Shown one piece after another: positions 29,076 through 39,535 of a stretch of 64,000 nt of DNA; within the stretch, counting starts at the first letter, position 1; each line of letters starts with the position of its first letter. The position numbers and the translations under genes were made by a program. The DNA is from an uncultured bacterium (GTDB lineage: Bacteria; Desulfobacterota_D; UBA1144; Nemesobacterales; UBA2774): positions 608,001-672,000 of the forward strand of contig CAVPJU010000006.1 of assembly GCA_963705505.1 (NCBI GenBank). Reading direction: 5' to 3'. The notes beneath the pieces are model-generated. The model was not told the DNA's origin, ran no database searches, and was given only the letters and a program-made list of their open reading frames with translations.

Positions 29076-30260
29076 TCAATTTTTTGAAACGCTGCCCTTT
29101 TCAAAACTTATTTTTAACACCCCTTCTTCGAGATTCGCTTTCTCCACGTTCAGTTTCGCGAGGAAACTGGGCAGGAATATATTCCTCCTCTGATTCTCGA
29201 TCTGTATTGTGAGCTCCTCGCCCACCTGATGAAGCTTTACTTCTTCCTTGCTGACGAAGGGCAGTTTTAACATGAGGTGATAGACACCTTTTTCTTTAAC
29301 GACATCGTAAGGTTTTCCTTTATAAAAGATATCCACGGGGTCTTTCTTTGCGAACAGCGTGCTGCCGAATTCGAGGAGGGCGTCTATTCCGAGAACCTCC
29401 TTGGAAAACAGGGGCGCTTCGTGCAGAGGTATTGAGCTGAAAAGCTCTCCTACATCTTTTCTGTAATTCTCCTGGAATTTCTGCCATTCCTTAAAATAGG
29501 GATGGTCGAGTTCTTTCGGCATCGCCCTGTTCACTATAACGGAATCCACGTTATACCCGTAAAGATTAAGATAGGTATAAGCCCTTTGCGTTTCTTTTAT
29601 GACCATCTTTTCGAGATTAAGCACAAGTCTTATCGATGTAATCTCGGGGTTCGAAAATATCTTGTGAATTGAATTCAGTTTTTCGAAGAGATCCTCGATT
29701 GCAATGTACGTTTCTTCCTCCGGCAATGGCATATCGGATACGACTTTGACGGCGGGACGTACTACCTTCAATAGTCTCCTCTCAATCGGAAAGACCTTTA
29801 CTATCCACCACCTCGCCACATCCGGAAGGGAAAGGAGCCTTAAGGTCTCTCCGGTAGGAGCGCTGTCCACGATGATTACATCGTATTGTCCTTCCTTAAA
29901 GTGGCTGTAGACCCATAGAAAGCATGAAACTTCCTCCATGCCCGGAAAGATGCTGAATTCTTCCGCCAGAACGTCATCCACCTTCATCCAGTTGAACAGG
30001 GACTGAATGTACCCCGTTAATTTGCCCCAGTATTTATCGACCGAATAAAAAACATCGATCTCCTGTGCATAGAGATTCTTCATGATTTTTTTTGGCTCGG
30101 GTCCTATTTCCATGTCGAAAGAATCTCTCAAGCTGTGTGCCGGGTCCGTGGAGACGACTAGTGTTTTGTATCCCCGTTTTGCCGCCTGAAGCGCAGTTGC
30201 AGCCGCAGCCGTCGTCTTTCCCACCCCGCCCTTGCCGGTATATAAAATTATCCTTGTCAT
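29076..30260 (-). CDS. ArsA/Get3-family ATPase with C-terminal HSP20-like domain
   Basis: GKGGVGKTT, STDPAHSL, DSAPTGETLRLL; beta-rich C-terminal tail. Confidence 0.9.
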   Translation of the reverse strand: MTRIILYTGKGGVGKTTAAAATALQAAKRGYKTLVVSTDPAHSLRDSFDMEIGPEPKKIMKNLYAQEIDVFYSVDKYWGKLTGYIQSLFNWMKVDDVLAEEFSIFPGMEEVSCFLWVYSHFKEGQYDVIIVDSAPTGETLRLLSLPDVARWWIVKVFPIERRLLKVVRPAVKVVSDMPLPEEETYIAIEDLFEKLNSIHKIFSNPEITSIRLVLNLEKMVIKETQRAYTYLNLYGYNVDSVIVNRAMPKELDHPYFKEWQKFQENYRKDVGELFSSIPLHEAPLFSKEVLGIDALLEFGSTLFAKKDPVDIFYKGKPYDVVKEKGVYHLMLKLPFVSKEEVKLHQVGEELTIQIENQRRNIFLPSFLAKLNVEKANLEEGVLKISFEKGSVSKN

Positions 30261-30397
30261 ATAAGTCCGTTAGTCCCGCCGTATTTCAATTTTCAGAGGG
30301 TTTGATTCACTTATAATAGTACCTTACTCTTTATCTTGACATAAATTGCGCGGAGCTTAATATATTAATTCCGTATCTTTTATTCGAGGTAATAGAA

Positions 30398-30538
30398 ATG
30401 GCCGAAAAGGGTAATACCGAAAATCAGGGGAATTCTTACGACGCAATTTTTGCCTTACTGGCTTTCGCCTTAATTCTGGGTACCGCGCTACTCGCCATAG
30501 GCGGGATTTATTACAACTTTATCAACCCGGTTTTTTGA
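30398..30538 (+). CDS. Small single-pass membrane protein, 46 aa (below ORF-track cutoff)
   Basis: MAEKGNTENQGNSYDAIFALLAFALILGTALLAIGGIYYNFINPVF; GAGGT RBS; TTGACA...TATATT upstream. Confidence 0.7.
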   Translation: MAEKGNTENQGNSYDAIFALLAFALILGTALLAIGGIYYNFINPVF

Positions 30539-30818
30539 ATCTGTTGGCTGGGTGCTTGTCCGTCCCCGGCTGAGACGCATCCGTAAGCCCTCGTATTCAC
30601 GAACAATTTCCGTGTCTCAATGCGGCCGCTAATTCAGTGCGGAAAACTATCGCTCTCAGTGCTGACTAAATTCCGCCAACGCCTGCTTTATATCCGCAAG
30701 CTGTCCATGCCACAATTGCACGGGCTCCGGATTTCGATACCGACTCTCCGGAATTGTCCGGAGGTATGTTTTGTTTAGGAGTCCCGCAAGTGATATAATG
30801 GGTAAGGAGGACAGATAA

Positions 30819-31379
30819 ATGAGTGAAGAAAATCCATACGGAACCGGACCGGGCCCGGAAACTCCCGGCTCACAGGAGAGTTTTGCCAAGAAGATCCATA
30901 CGGAAGAAGCGATACTGATTACGCTCATGGCCTTATCCGCAATAGGTATCGGCGTTACTAATTTCAAGCCTGTTGAGAGTTTCTGGTACTGGGCTGCAAT
31001 GGTTCCTGTCTTCGGCGCCGTAAGTATTTATATGGGCTGGTCGAAGGCGAGACGAAGGGGGGAAGGGATGTCCAGAATTATCCGCGTACAGCTTCTCCAC
31101 TGGATAGGTCTTCTGGCCGCCGTTGCGCTTATTTATTTCTTGTTCAAGCGTACCGGTCGTATAGATTATAACCAGCTCGCATTAATATCTCTGCTCGCTC
31201 TGTCGCTCACGACATTCCTGGCGGGTGTTCACTTCGATTGGCGGTTTATGGTCGTCGGCTTAGTCCTCGGGGCATGCGTTGCAGGCGCGGCCTTCGTGGA
31301 ACAGTTCATGTGGATGATAGTTATCCCTATAGTCGTCGCTCTCGTCCTTATTGTTTTCTGGTGGAAGCGCTCTGTCTGA
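30819..31379 (+). CDS. Hypothetical multi-pass membrane protein
   Basis: About six hydrophobic segments; AAGGAGG RBS. Confidence 0.8.
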   Translation: MSEENPYGTGPGPETPGSQESFAKKIHTEEAILITLMALSAIGIGVTNFKPVESFWYWAAMVPVFGAVSIYMGWSKARRRGEGMSRIIRVQLLHWIGLLAAVALIYFLFKRTGRIDYNQLALISLLALSLTTFLAGVHFDWRFMVVGLVLGACVAGAAFVEQFMWMIVIPIVVALVLIVFWWKRSV

Positions 31380-31699
31380 AATATTTTTTTTCGACCGTGC
31401 CGCATGCGGTGAATCTATTCTTCCAATAAGATTGGATAATAAAGTATTGCCAAATCCCGGTGATCCGGTGTCGGAATGAGGATATTTCATGAAGAGGGGA
31501 TAAGGTTTTACTCGGGGAGCGGGTCGATAGTGGAGTATCTTGACTTCGAACAAATGCGGTTTTAAAAACCGGGACGGGATTGAATCCTCACTGTTTTTTA
31601 GAATGCTTCTCGCAATAGTTCTTATTTTTCCTGGAAATATTGATTTTTATTGAACTTTTCTGTACTATTGACTCAAAACTAGCTTCAAAGGAGAGGGAG

Positions 31700-31996
31700 A
31701 TGGCCGAGAAGAATCCGATGACAAAATCTCAGTTATCAAACCATATTGCCGAACTGGCGGGAATTACAAAAAAAACAGCAAACGAAATTTTAGATGAGTT
31801 GGCTGCTGTTGCTTATAAAGAGGCAAAGAGAAGCAAACAGTTCACAATCCCGGGGATCGGGAAATTGGTGCTATCTAAACGTAAAGCAAGAATTGGCAGG
31901 AATCCCGCTACAGGAGCCGAGATCAAGATACCGGCTAAAAAAGTAGTCAAGTTCAGGGTTGCCAAGGCGTGTAAAGACGCCGTATTGGGCGAATAA
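31700..31996 (+). CDS. hup: HU-family DNA-binding protein
   Basis: MTKSQL..., IPGIGK, RKARIGRNPATGAEIKIPAKKVVKF. Confidence 0.93.
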   Translation: MAEKNPMTKSQLSNHIAELAGITKKTANEILDELAAVAYKEAKRSKQFTIPGIGKLVLSKRKARIGRNPATGAEIKIPAKKVVKFRVAKACKDAVLGE

Positions 31997-32287
31997 TTAA
32001 ATCCTTGTAAAAAACAGTCGTTTTCTGATATGCATCCGGCTTTATGCGTGAGTTGCGTATATATAATCGGATGTAAGGGTATTGTCTTGCCATGTTGAAT
32101 ATTTGCTTCCCGTACAGACTGAATTAAATAATCACACAAGTATTTTTTTTAGCAGTATAATTGTCAGTGTGTACATGGAGGATTGTTCTATTTAGCGATT
32201 GAACGCGTCGAGCTGTATGTTATCCTGCGCTTCGATATCTAAAAAGAAACCGGGCCGGTAAATATTCATGACAGGAGGACCCGACGA

Positions 32288-32665
32288 ATGCCGAAGGTAT
32301 TGCTGATCGAAGATGAGGAATCTTTAAGGAACCTATATACAAAAATCCTTAGCACTAAAAATTATACGATCGAGACGGCTGCAGACGGAATAGATGCACT
32401 CTCGGTATTGGAGACATTCAGACCGGATGTGATAGTTCTCGATATAGTTATGCCGAATTATAACGGTTTGGAGTTCCTCAAAATTCTCAAGAATAACGAC
32501 GATTTTAAAAGCATACCGGTTGTTATGCTTACCGCCCTCTCTGAAATGAGGAAAATCACGGAATGTCTCGAAATGGGAGCAGTCGGGTATATTACCAAAG
32601 ACAGCACGGTTGAAGAGATCGTCCAAAGATTAAATTTATTATTGGATTCTATAAGCCTGCATTAG
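32288..32665 (+). CDS. Stand-alone response regulator receiver
   Basis: IEDE, LDIVMP, LTA, YITK; no output domain. Confidence 0.9.
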   Translation: MPKVLLIEDEESLRNLYTKILSTKNYTIETAADGIDALSVLETFRPDVIVLDIVMPNYNGLEFLKILKNNDDFKSIPVVMLTALSEMRKITECLEMGAVGYITKDSTVEEIVQRLNLLLDSISLH

Positions 32666-33860
32666 AAGTCTTCAATTCCAATATCTTGTCAAAGACCTTG
32701 CTTGCTATTTCCGATTTTGCGGATTGAGGAATTTCTTCCGTCTTGCCCTCTCCGTAAATCAAATGAACAATATTCGTATCGGCTTCAAAACCCGCTCCGG
32801 GTAACGAGACATCGTTCGCGATAATCAGATCGGCGTTTTTTCCTTTTAGCTTTTCGATTGCGTTCTTTAAAAGATCGTCCGTTTCGGCGGCGAAACCAAC
32901 GACGAATCTGCCGTTTTTGTTCTCTCCTACTGTTTTAAGGATGTCCTTTGTCCGTTTGAGTTTGAGCAGCATTTCTTTTTCATCTTTTTTGATCTTGGAG
33001 TTTATTCTTTCAGAAGGGGCGTAATCCCCTACAGCCGCAGCTTTAATTACGATAGTCGACCAGTCGAGGTGTTCCATTACCGATTCATACATGTCTCCGG
33101 CGCTGACTACGTCTAAGAATTTAACCCCTCTAGGGGGGTCGAGATTCGTTTTTCCGGATATGAGCACGACCTCGGCTCCGCGCATGAGACCCTCTTTGGC
33201 AAGTGCGTAACCCATTTTCCCGCTCGAAGGGTTCGAGATAAATCTCACCGAATCGATGAACTCCCTGGTCGCGCCTGCGGTCACTATCACTCTTTCTCTG
33301 CTGAAATCCTTGGGCGTCAGAGTTCTTTCGATCTCGTTCACGATATCGGACGTCTCCGGCAGTCTCCCCTTTCCCTCCCATCCGCACGCGAGTTCGCCCT
33401 CGGATGGCTCGACGATTATAAACCCTCGTTTCCTCAATTTATCCAGGTTTTCCTGGACCACCTGGTTATTGTACATATTCACGTTCATAGCCGGGCATAC
33501 GATAACGGGCGAGAGTGTCGCGAGGATTACGTTTGAAAGCAGGGTATCGGCTATACCCGATGCGATTTTTCCAATGAAGCTCGCCGTCGCGGGAGCGATG
33601 ACTATCACGTCCGCCCTGTCCGCGAGGCTGATGTGCCCTATCTCGGATTCCCACTCGAGGTCGAATGTTTTTGCGGCGACGCGGTTCCCGGAGAGTGTCT
33701 GGAGGGTGAGCGGGGTCACGAACTCCATGGCATTGCTGGTCATAATGACCTGCACCGAAGCCCCTTCCTTAACGAGGCTTCTAACGAGCTCGCACGATTT
33801 GTAGGCGGCTATTCCGCCTGTTACGCCCAATATAATTTTTTTCCCTTTAATGACGGACAT
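32649..33860 (-). CDS. coaBC: Phosphopantothenoylcysteine decarboxylase/ligase
   Basis: GVTGGIAAYK, PAMNVNM, LACGWEGKGRL, VRFISNPSSGKMG, GFAAET. Confidence 0.97.
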   Translation of the reverse strand: MSVIKGKKIILGVTGGIAAYKSCELVRSLVKEGASVQVIMTSNAMEFVTPLTLQTLSGNRVAAKTFDLEWESEIGHISLADRADVIVIAPATASFIGKIASGIADTLLSNVILATLSPVIVCPAMNVNMYNNQVVQENLDKLRKRGFIIVEPSEGELACGWEGKGRLPETSDIVNEIERTLTPKDFSRERVIVTAGATREFIDSVRFISNPSSGKMGYALAKEGLMRGAEVVLISGKTNLDPPRGVKFLDVVSAGDMYESVMEHLDWSTIVIKAAAVGDYAPSERINSKIKKDEKEMLLKLKRTKDILKTVGENKNGRFVVGFAAETDDLLKNAIEKLKGKNADLIIANDVSLPGAGFEADTNIVHLIYGEGKTEEIPQSAKSEIASKVFDKILELKTSNAGL

Positions 33861-33970
33861 TTTTGGAATCGCTCCGTGTATTTTAAAAAATTAGCCTATT
33901 TCGCAGCAATCATACAAATAGTATATGCCTCTATTAAAGTAAGTAAAATTTTTTCTGTAGAACTAAACAG

Positions 33971-34001
33971 TTGACAAAGATATATTAGGTGTATATACTC
34001 C
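33971..34001 (+). promoter_or_regulatory. Sigma70 promoter overlapped by a palindromic operator
   Basis: TTGACA-N17-TATACT; the -10 lies within GGTGTATATACTCC. Confidence 0.75.
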
Positions 34002-34025
34002 TATTGAAAGACCGGGGATCAGATC

Positions 34026-34511
34026 ATGACAACACCCACTAAAGGGAAAGAAGGTAATTCATCATCGGGCTTGGATCCGAGAGCTTTCGCCGAATGCAGC
34101 GAATGTACCTGTTTTAATCTGCGTAAGGCGACAAGGGTCGTGACGCAGCTATACGACGACAGGATGAGGTCTTCGGGCCTGAGGGGCACTCAGTTTGCTT
34201 TGCTCGTCCACGCGCATGCGATGGGACCTGTCGCCTTAACGAAGCTCGCCGAGGCGATGGTGACTGACCGCACGACACTGGCGCGTAATCTTGAGCCCCT
34301 TGAAAAAAACGGCTTTATCGAGGTCGAGGACGGGGAAGACCGCCGCACTCGAATCGTCGATATTACGGAAAAAGGCCGGGCGAAGCTCGCCGAGGCTTTT
34401 CCCGCCTGGAAGAAAGCGCAGGATGAAATAAAAAAGATGATGGGCCAGGATAAATGGTTGTCTATGATGTCCCAGGTGTCTCTATTGGTTGACCAAATAA
34501 AAGAGAGATAA
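34026..34511 (+). CDS. MarR-family regulator
   Basis: CTCFNLRKATR, TQFALL, DRTTLARNL, DRRTRIV. Confidence 0.92.
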   Translation: MTTPTKGKEGNSSSGLDPRAFAECSECTCFNLRKATRVVTQLYDDRMRSSGLRGTQFALLVHAHAMGPVALTKLAEAMVTDRTTLARNLEPLEKNGFIEVEDGEDRRTRIVDITEKGRAKLAEAFPAWKKAQDEIKKMMGQDKWLSMMSQVSLLVDQIKER

Positions 34512-34528
34512 AAAATTTTTGATTCTAT

Positions 34529-34540
34529 GTGTATATACAC
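34529..34540. promoter_or_regulatory. Palindromic operator (likely MarR site)
   Basis: Perfect palindrome GTGTATATACAC that matches the site upstream of marR. Confidence 0.7.
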
Positions 34541-34580
34541 CTTATAAATAAGCTAAACATCATGCAGGGGGGCTATAAGC

Positions 34581-35936
34581 ATGGCGAGAATGGAAGAACA
34601 TCCGACCGTTATAAATTATTATAAGAGCCGGGGCAATGATGATCCGGGCAAGAAAATATCAGTTCCGTCCGGCAAATTGGACGCCGACTGGCTGCGCGAT
34701 ATATGCTGCAAGGCGGGCGCTGACGACGTAGGATTCGTAGAAATAGACCGTCCCGAACTTCTCAGGGAAAGAGAAAGCATACTCGGTTATTTTCCACATA
34801 CGAGAGCCCTGATAAGCATCGTATGTAAAATGAACCGTGAGCCGATCCGCAGCCCGGCCCGATCGGTAGCGAACCTCGAGTTCCATAATATCGGAGATGT
34901 GGTAAACGAGGTAGCTCATCGGGTGGTTTCTATACTCGAAGAAAACGGCGTCCGGGCGGTGAACCCGTCTATGGGTTTCCCTATGGAGATGGGCAGATTT
35001 CCGGGAAAGACGTGGGTAGTGTCTCACAAGACCGCGGCGGTCGCGGCGGGGCTCGGGCATATGGGCATCCACCGCAACGTGATACACCCGAAATTCGGCA
35101 ACTTTATTTTGCTCGGCACTATACTCATCGATGCGGAAGTGGGGTCATATGATAGCCCCATTGATTACAATCCCTGCCTTGAATGCAAGTTGTGTGTCGC
35201 CGCGTGTCCGGTGGGTGCGATCGCCCCGGACGGTTACTTTAATTTTTCTGCCTGCTATACGCATAACTACCGTGAGTTCATGGGCGGTTTTACGAATTGG
35301 GTGGAGGGCATAGCGGACAGCAGGGACGCAAAAGATTACCTCCGCAAATTCAGCGATTCAGAGTCCGCCTCGATGTGGCAGAGCCTTTCATACGGGGCCA
35401 ATTATAAGGCCGCATACTGTATGGCGGTCTGTCCCGCCGGGGAAGATGTAATAGGGCCTTTCCTTGAGAATCGGAAAAAGTACCTCGACGATGTCGTAAA
35501 ACCTTTGCAGAGGAAAGAGGAGACGATCTACGTTGTCCCGGACTCGGATGCGGAAGCGCACGTGGCAAAAAGGTTCCCAAACAAAACTACCAAGGCTGTG
35601 TCGAACGGTTTACGTCCGAAATCCATAAATAACTTTCTCGACAGTCTGCCGCTCATATTCCAAAGAGATAAATCGGACGGGCTCGACGCCACATATCATT
35701 TTACTTTTACGGGCAAGGAGCAATCTCAGGCGACAGTCATAATACGTAACAGTTCGGTTCAAGTCCTTAATCAGCTCGTAGGCGTCCCGGATCTGCATGT
35801 AACTGCCGATAGCCGCGCCTGGCTCGGGTTTGTAAGAAAGGAACACGGTATCATTATGCCTTTGCTTCTTAGAAAAATCCGTCTCAAGGGACCTGTCAGG
35901 TTGCTGAAAGCATTCGGAAGATGTTTTCCGTCCTGA
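34581..35936 (+). CDS. QueG/reductive-dehalogenase-like Fe-S protein fused to an SCP2 lipid-binding domain
   Basis: GADDVG, SHKTAAVAAGLG.MG...HPKFG, CLECKLCVAACP and CMAVCP; C-terminal SCP2-like ATYHFTFTG...KIRLKG. Confidence 0.8.
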   Translation: MARMEEHPTVINYYKSRGNDDPGKKISVPSGKLDADWLRDICCKAGADDVGFVEIDRPELLRERESILGYFPHTRALISIVCKMNREPIRSPARSVANLEFHNIGDVVNEVAHRVVSILEENGVRAVNPSMGFPMEMGRFPGKTWVVSHKTAAVAAGLGHMGIHRNVIHPKFGNFILLGTILIDAEVGSYDSPIDYNPCLECKLCVAACPVGAIAPDGYFNFSACYTHNYREFMGGFTNWVEGIADSRDAKDYLRKFSDSESASMWQSLSYGANYKAAYCMAVCPAGEDVIGPFLENRKKYLDDVVKPLQRKEETIYVVPDSDAEAHVAKRFPNKTTKAVSNGLRPKSINNFLDSLPLIFQRDKSDGLDATYHFTFTGKEQSQATVIIRNSSVQVLNQLVGVPDLHVTADSRAWLGFVRKEHGIIMPLLLRKIRLKGPVRLLKAFGRCFPS

Positions 35937-36250
35937 AAAACCAGTCGATCGGGATTAAGATTTGTTGATAATAATTACCGATTATTCCCGGCCCGAGCGC
36001 AATTCATGAACGATGCATCTTTCATGCCCGCATGATTTTCAGGGCGCTTTTCCTCAGTTTACATCTGTGATTGCTTATTTCCCTCCTAACCATCGACATA
36101 ATTTTTCTAAGTTACCGTATAATATTAATCTATGGCCTGTGCCGGCGAATCTTCAATCTCGAAATAAATATGTAAAACTTAAGCCTTGAAAAATTTTTCC
36201 GGATTGGAATAGGCATACAGCGCGTAACAGGAACCTGTGCGGAGGAAAAT

Positions 36251-36730
36251 ATGGACAATGTGTCTAAGGGTAAAGATCACAAGGGCGGCCCGATCGATTC
36301 GGCATCGATAATGGAGTTTGGGGAATGCACCTGCTTTAATTTGAGAAAGGCGGCAAGGGCGGTTACCCAGCTGTTTGACAATGCGATGAGACCGACCGGA
36401 ATCAGGGCGACTCAGTTCACGCTGCTCGCGCTTTCATTGGCTCACGGACCGATTACGGTTACCAGGCTTGCCGAGGAGATGGTCGCTGACCGGACCACAT
36501 TGTCGCGCAATCTGGACCCGATGGAGAAGAGCGGACTAATAAAAATAAAGGCGGGCGATGACCGTAGGACGCGTATCGTGGTTATTACCGAATCGGGGCG
36601 AAGTAAGCTCGGTGAGGCCTATCCATTATGGAAGAAAACCCAGGAAGAAATAAAGGAAACAATGGGAACGGAAAAATGGAGTGCGCTGTTATCGAATGTT
36701 TCGGAGCTGGTGAGTCAAATTCGACTTTGA
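36251..36730 (+). CDS. MarR-family regulator, paralog of 34026-34511
   Basis: CTCFNLRKAAR, TQFTLL, DRTTLSRNL, DRRTRIV. Confidence 0.92.
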   Translation: MDNVSKGKDHKGGPIDSASIMEFGECTCFNLRKAARAVTQLFDNAMRPTGIRATQFTLLALSLAHGPITVTRLAEEMVADRTTLSRNLDPMEKSGLIKIKAGDDRRTRIVVITESGRSKLGEAYPLWKKTQEEIKETMGTEKWSALLSNVSELVSQIRL

Positions 36731-37225
36731 CCGGTCGATGGTTACGGATGAAGTCTTAACTTTACGTGGATTTTCAGTATCCATGCTCATGTGAAAAAGG
36801 CCTATGGCGATAATTGCATTAAAGCTAAATGCCTTATGATGCGGTATATGTCATCCCTCCGTTATTCCAATCAGACTATCGGGCATATCAGGATCGAGAT
36901 ATCTCGTTTGTTACACGGCACTATGGATGTTTGTTTTACGAATAATATTCGTTTCGAGTAAGTCAATTTGACTGTTCGGGCAATGGATACATTCGCATGG
37001 TGTTCGAAACGGGTTTATGATGTAATTCCTTCTTAAGCAGGTAGAATTAATGCGGTTTTCAACATCATGTACGTACATCAAGAACATAATTGACCTTGCA
37101 AATTTCGGGATTGGCAGAATTGAGTATCAGAATTCCAAATGTGGGGTATTCTTTGCTGTCATATCTTATAAGACTGATCCGATTGAAATTAATTTCGTGA
37201 CAGAGAAACCGAGATTATTTAAGTA

Positions 37226-38803
37226 ATGAGAGAATCCATAAGAGAAACAACTGAGAGAGTCGCGGGGAATAGTGTTCCCGAAAGCCAGATTGTGAGTAAA
37301 AATACGGGGAAATGGGTTTTGGTGGTAACCATTCTGGGGTCCGGCATGGCTTTTATAGACAGTACTGCCATGAATGTAGTTCTGCCGGTGCTCCAGATGG
37401 AGCTCGATGCCACGATTCCCCAGGTACAGTGGATCGTCGAGGCATATGCTCTATTTATGTCCTCTCTTATGTTATTGGGCGGTGCACTCGGAGATAAATT
37501 CGGAAGAAAGCGGATATTCGCATTGGGGGTCGTAATATTTTCGGGAGCGTCCATATGGTGCGGTCTTTCCCCCAACACGAGTCATTTAATTGTCGCCCGG
37601 GCTTTTCAGGGTGTGGGAGGAGCTCTTCTCGTGCCTGGAAGTCTGGCCATCATCAATATTTCGTTCAGCGAGGAGCAGCGGGGCAGGGCTATAGGCACAT
37701 GGTCCGCATTTACGGCTATTACCACAGCACTCGGTCCTATTCTCGGCGGATGGCTTGCTGAAAATGTTTCATGGCGTCTCGTTTTTTTCATCAACATCCC
37801 GATAGGTCTTGTAGTTTTGACCACTCTTTTCTGGAGGATACCGGAAAGCAGGAAGAACAACGGGGAGGGTAGGTTAGACATCCTGGGGTCTTTTCTCGCG
37901 ACGATGAGCCTCGGGTGCATTGTGTATGCATTGATCGAGTCCGGCAACTCCGGGTTCGGTCATCCGAAGGTAATAGCGCCTTTCGTCGCCGGAGGGCTGT
38001 CCCTGGTTGCATTCATCTTGTGCGAAGCCTACAGTTCTTCACCGATGATGCCGCTTAGTCTTTTCAGGTCCAGGACCTTCAGCGGTGCGAATTTCATATC
38101 GGCTTTGTTCTGGGCCGCCTGGGTCGGGGGAGTATTCTTTATTCCATTTAACCTCATCCAGCTTCAGGGGTATTCAGCTGTGGGCGTCGGGATCGCATTC
38201 ATGCCGCTCGTCCTCGCGTTGTTTTTATTTTCCAGGTGGGCGGGGGGCCTGGTAATAAATTACGGGGCGAAGCCGCCGCTGATCGTCGGAACTATTCTGG
38301 CAGGCATCGGTTTTCTTTTATTCACTCTGCCCGGGATAGGAGGAAGCTACTGGAAGACATTCTTTCCCGCTATAGCGGTCCTGGGGTTAGGCATGGCCAT
38401 AACAGTTTCACCTCTCACTACAGCCGTAATGAGCTCTATAGACCTCGAGCACTCGGGCGTTGCTTCAGGTATAAATAACTCCGTGGGCAGGATTGCGGGG
38501 CTCCTTTCGATCGCCATACTCGGGGTTTTCGCGCTGTCCACGTTCAATAGAAACCTGGACGCTGAGTTGAGAACGCTCAAGCTCGAGCAAAGTACAATCA
38601 GGGTAATCGATGCACAGCGTATAAAGCTTGCGGCAATAGATATACCCGAATCGCTTCCGGAAACGACAAAGAAAGAGATACGCAGCGCGATATTCGATTC
38701 CTTTCTGGGATCGTTCAGGCTGATGATGAAGATATCCGCGGGGCTCGTATTCGTAGGCGCTTTAACGGCCTGGCTCACGATCGAGAAATTGAGGTCGGGT
38801 TAA
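37226..38803 (+). CDS. MFS efflux transporter (DHA2, 14-TMS type)
   Basis: DSTAMNVVLP, GALGDKFGRKR, ARAFQGVGGA, WRLVFFINIPIG. Confidence 0.92.
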   Translation: MRESIRETTERVAGNSVPESQIVSKNTGKWVLVVTILGSGMAFIDSTAMNVVLPVLQMELDATIPQVQWIVEAYALFMSSLMLLGGALGDKFGRKRIFALGVVIFSGASIWCGLSPNTSHLIVARAFQGVGGALLVPGSLAIINISFSEEQRGRAIGTWSAFTAITTALGPILGGWLAENVSWRLVFFINIPIGLVVLTTLFWRIPESRKNNGEGRLDILGSFLATMSLGCIVYALIESGNSGFGHPKVIAPFVAGGLSLVAFILCEAYSSSPMMPLSLFRSRTFSGANFISALFWAAWVGGVFFIPFNLIQLQGYSAVGVGIAFMPLVLALFLFSRWAGGLVINYGAKPPLIVGTILAGIGFLLFTLPGIGGSYWKTFFPAIAVLGLGMAITVSPLTTAVMSSIDLEHSGVASGINNSVGRIAGLLSIAILGVFALSTFNRNLDAELRTLKLEQSTIRVIDAQRIKLAAIDIPESLPETTKKEIRSAIFDSFLGSFRLMMKISAGLVFVGALTAWLTIEKLRSG

Positions 38804-39015
38804 CGGCAATTACAGTAGCGATAACAAAGCTAATAATTTTCCTTCCTTGAAGAATCCTTTCACAAAAATTTCCGTCTAAGAATATATCCGCTTGCTCAAT
38901 GTCGAGATTTTAAGAACTGCGCCCGCTTCTGTATCGATTGATTAGATATTGGATGAGTTGTATTCTATTGATATCATTAAATCTATCATAATACTTTATT
39001 TCTAAGGGGGTAACT

Positions 39016-39426
39016 ATGTCGGAGAAAGTTAAAAAAACAGACGAAGAATGGAAGAAGGAGCTGACTGAAGAGCAATATTACGTCACGAGACAAAAGGGCA
39101 CCGAAAGACCGTTTACCGGAGAATATCACGATAACAAGGAAAAGGGGATGTATAAATGCGTGTGCTGCGGTGAGGATCTCTTCAGCTCCGATACGAAGTT
39201 CGAGTCCGGTACGGGATGGCCGAGCTTCTATAAACCTGCCAAAGACGGAATGATAAAAGAGGAGGCCGACAGGAGCCTCGGCATGACGAGGACCGAGGTG
39301 GTGTGCAGCAAGTGCGGTGCGCACCTTGGGCACGTTTTCCCGGACGGTCCCAAGCCTACGGGACTCCGGTACTGTATTAACTCCTGCGCCCTAGATTTTG
39401 ATAAGGACGAGGGAGAGAAGGAATAG
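39016..39426 (+). CDS. msrB: Peptide-methionine (R)-S-oxide reductase
   Basis: [35 protein letters not shown]. Confidence 0.97.
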   Translation: MSEKVKKTDEEWKKELTEEQYYVTRQKGTERPFTGEYHDNKEKGMYKCVCCGEDLFSSDTKFESGTGWPSFYKPAKDGMIKEEADRSLGMTRTEVVCSKCGAHLGHVFPDGPKPTGLRYCINSCALDFDKDEGEKE

Positions 39427-39535
39427 CTCGTTTCGACAGAGACTCGATCGGGTGTAAATCACCGCATACGATTTGTTATTGTTTTTAACGTGTATCTGTT
39501 TTAAGCCGTTCTATCGCTTCCTTTGCATCGACCTT

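Noticed and set aside
29076..30260. Arsenic resistance ArsA
   Set aside because: Single ATPase domain, no metalloid-binding Cys set, no arsB/C/R nearby; fits the Get3-like subgroup with an HSP20-like tail.
30540..30780. Possible structured RNA downstream of the small membrane ORF
   Set aside because: Only scattered short stems; I could not build a consistent nested fold by eye.
36731..37225. About 500-bp AT-rich gap as a hidden gene or repeat array
   Set aside because: No convincing ORF or periodic repeat; only the palindrome at 37067-37078 was kept.
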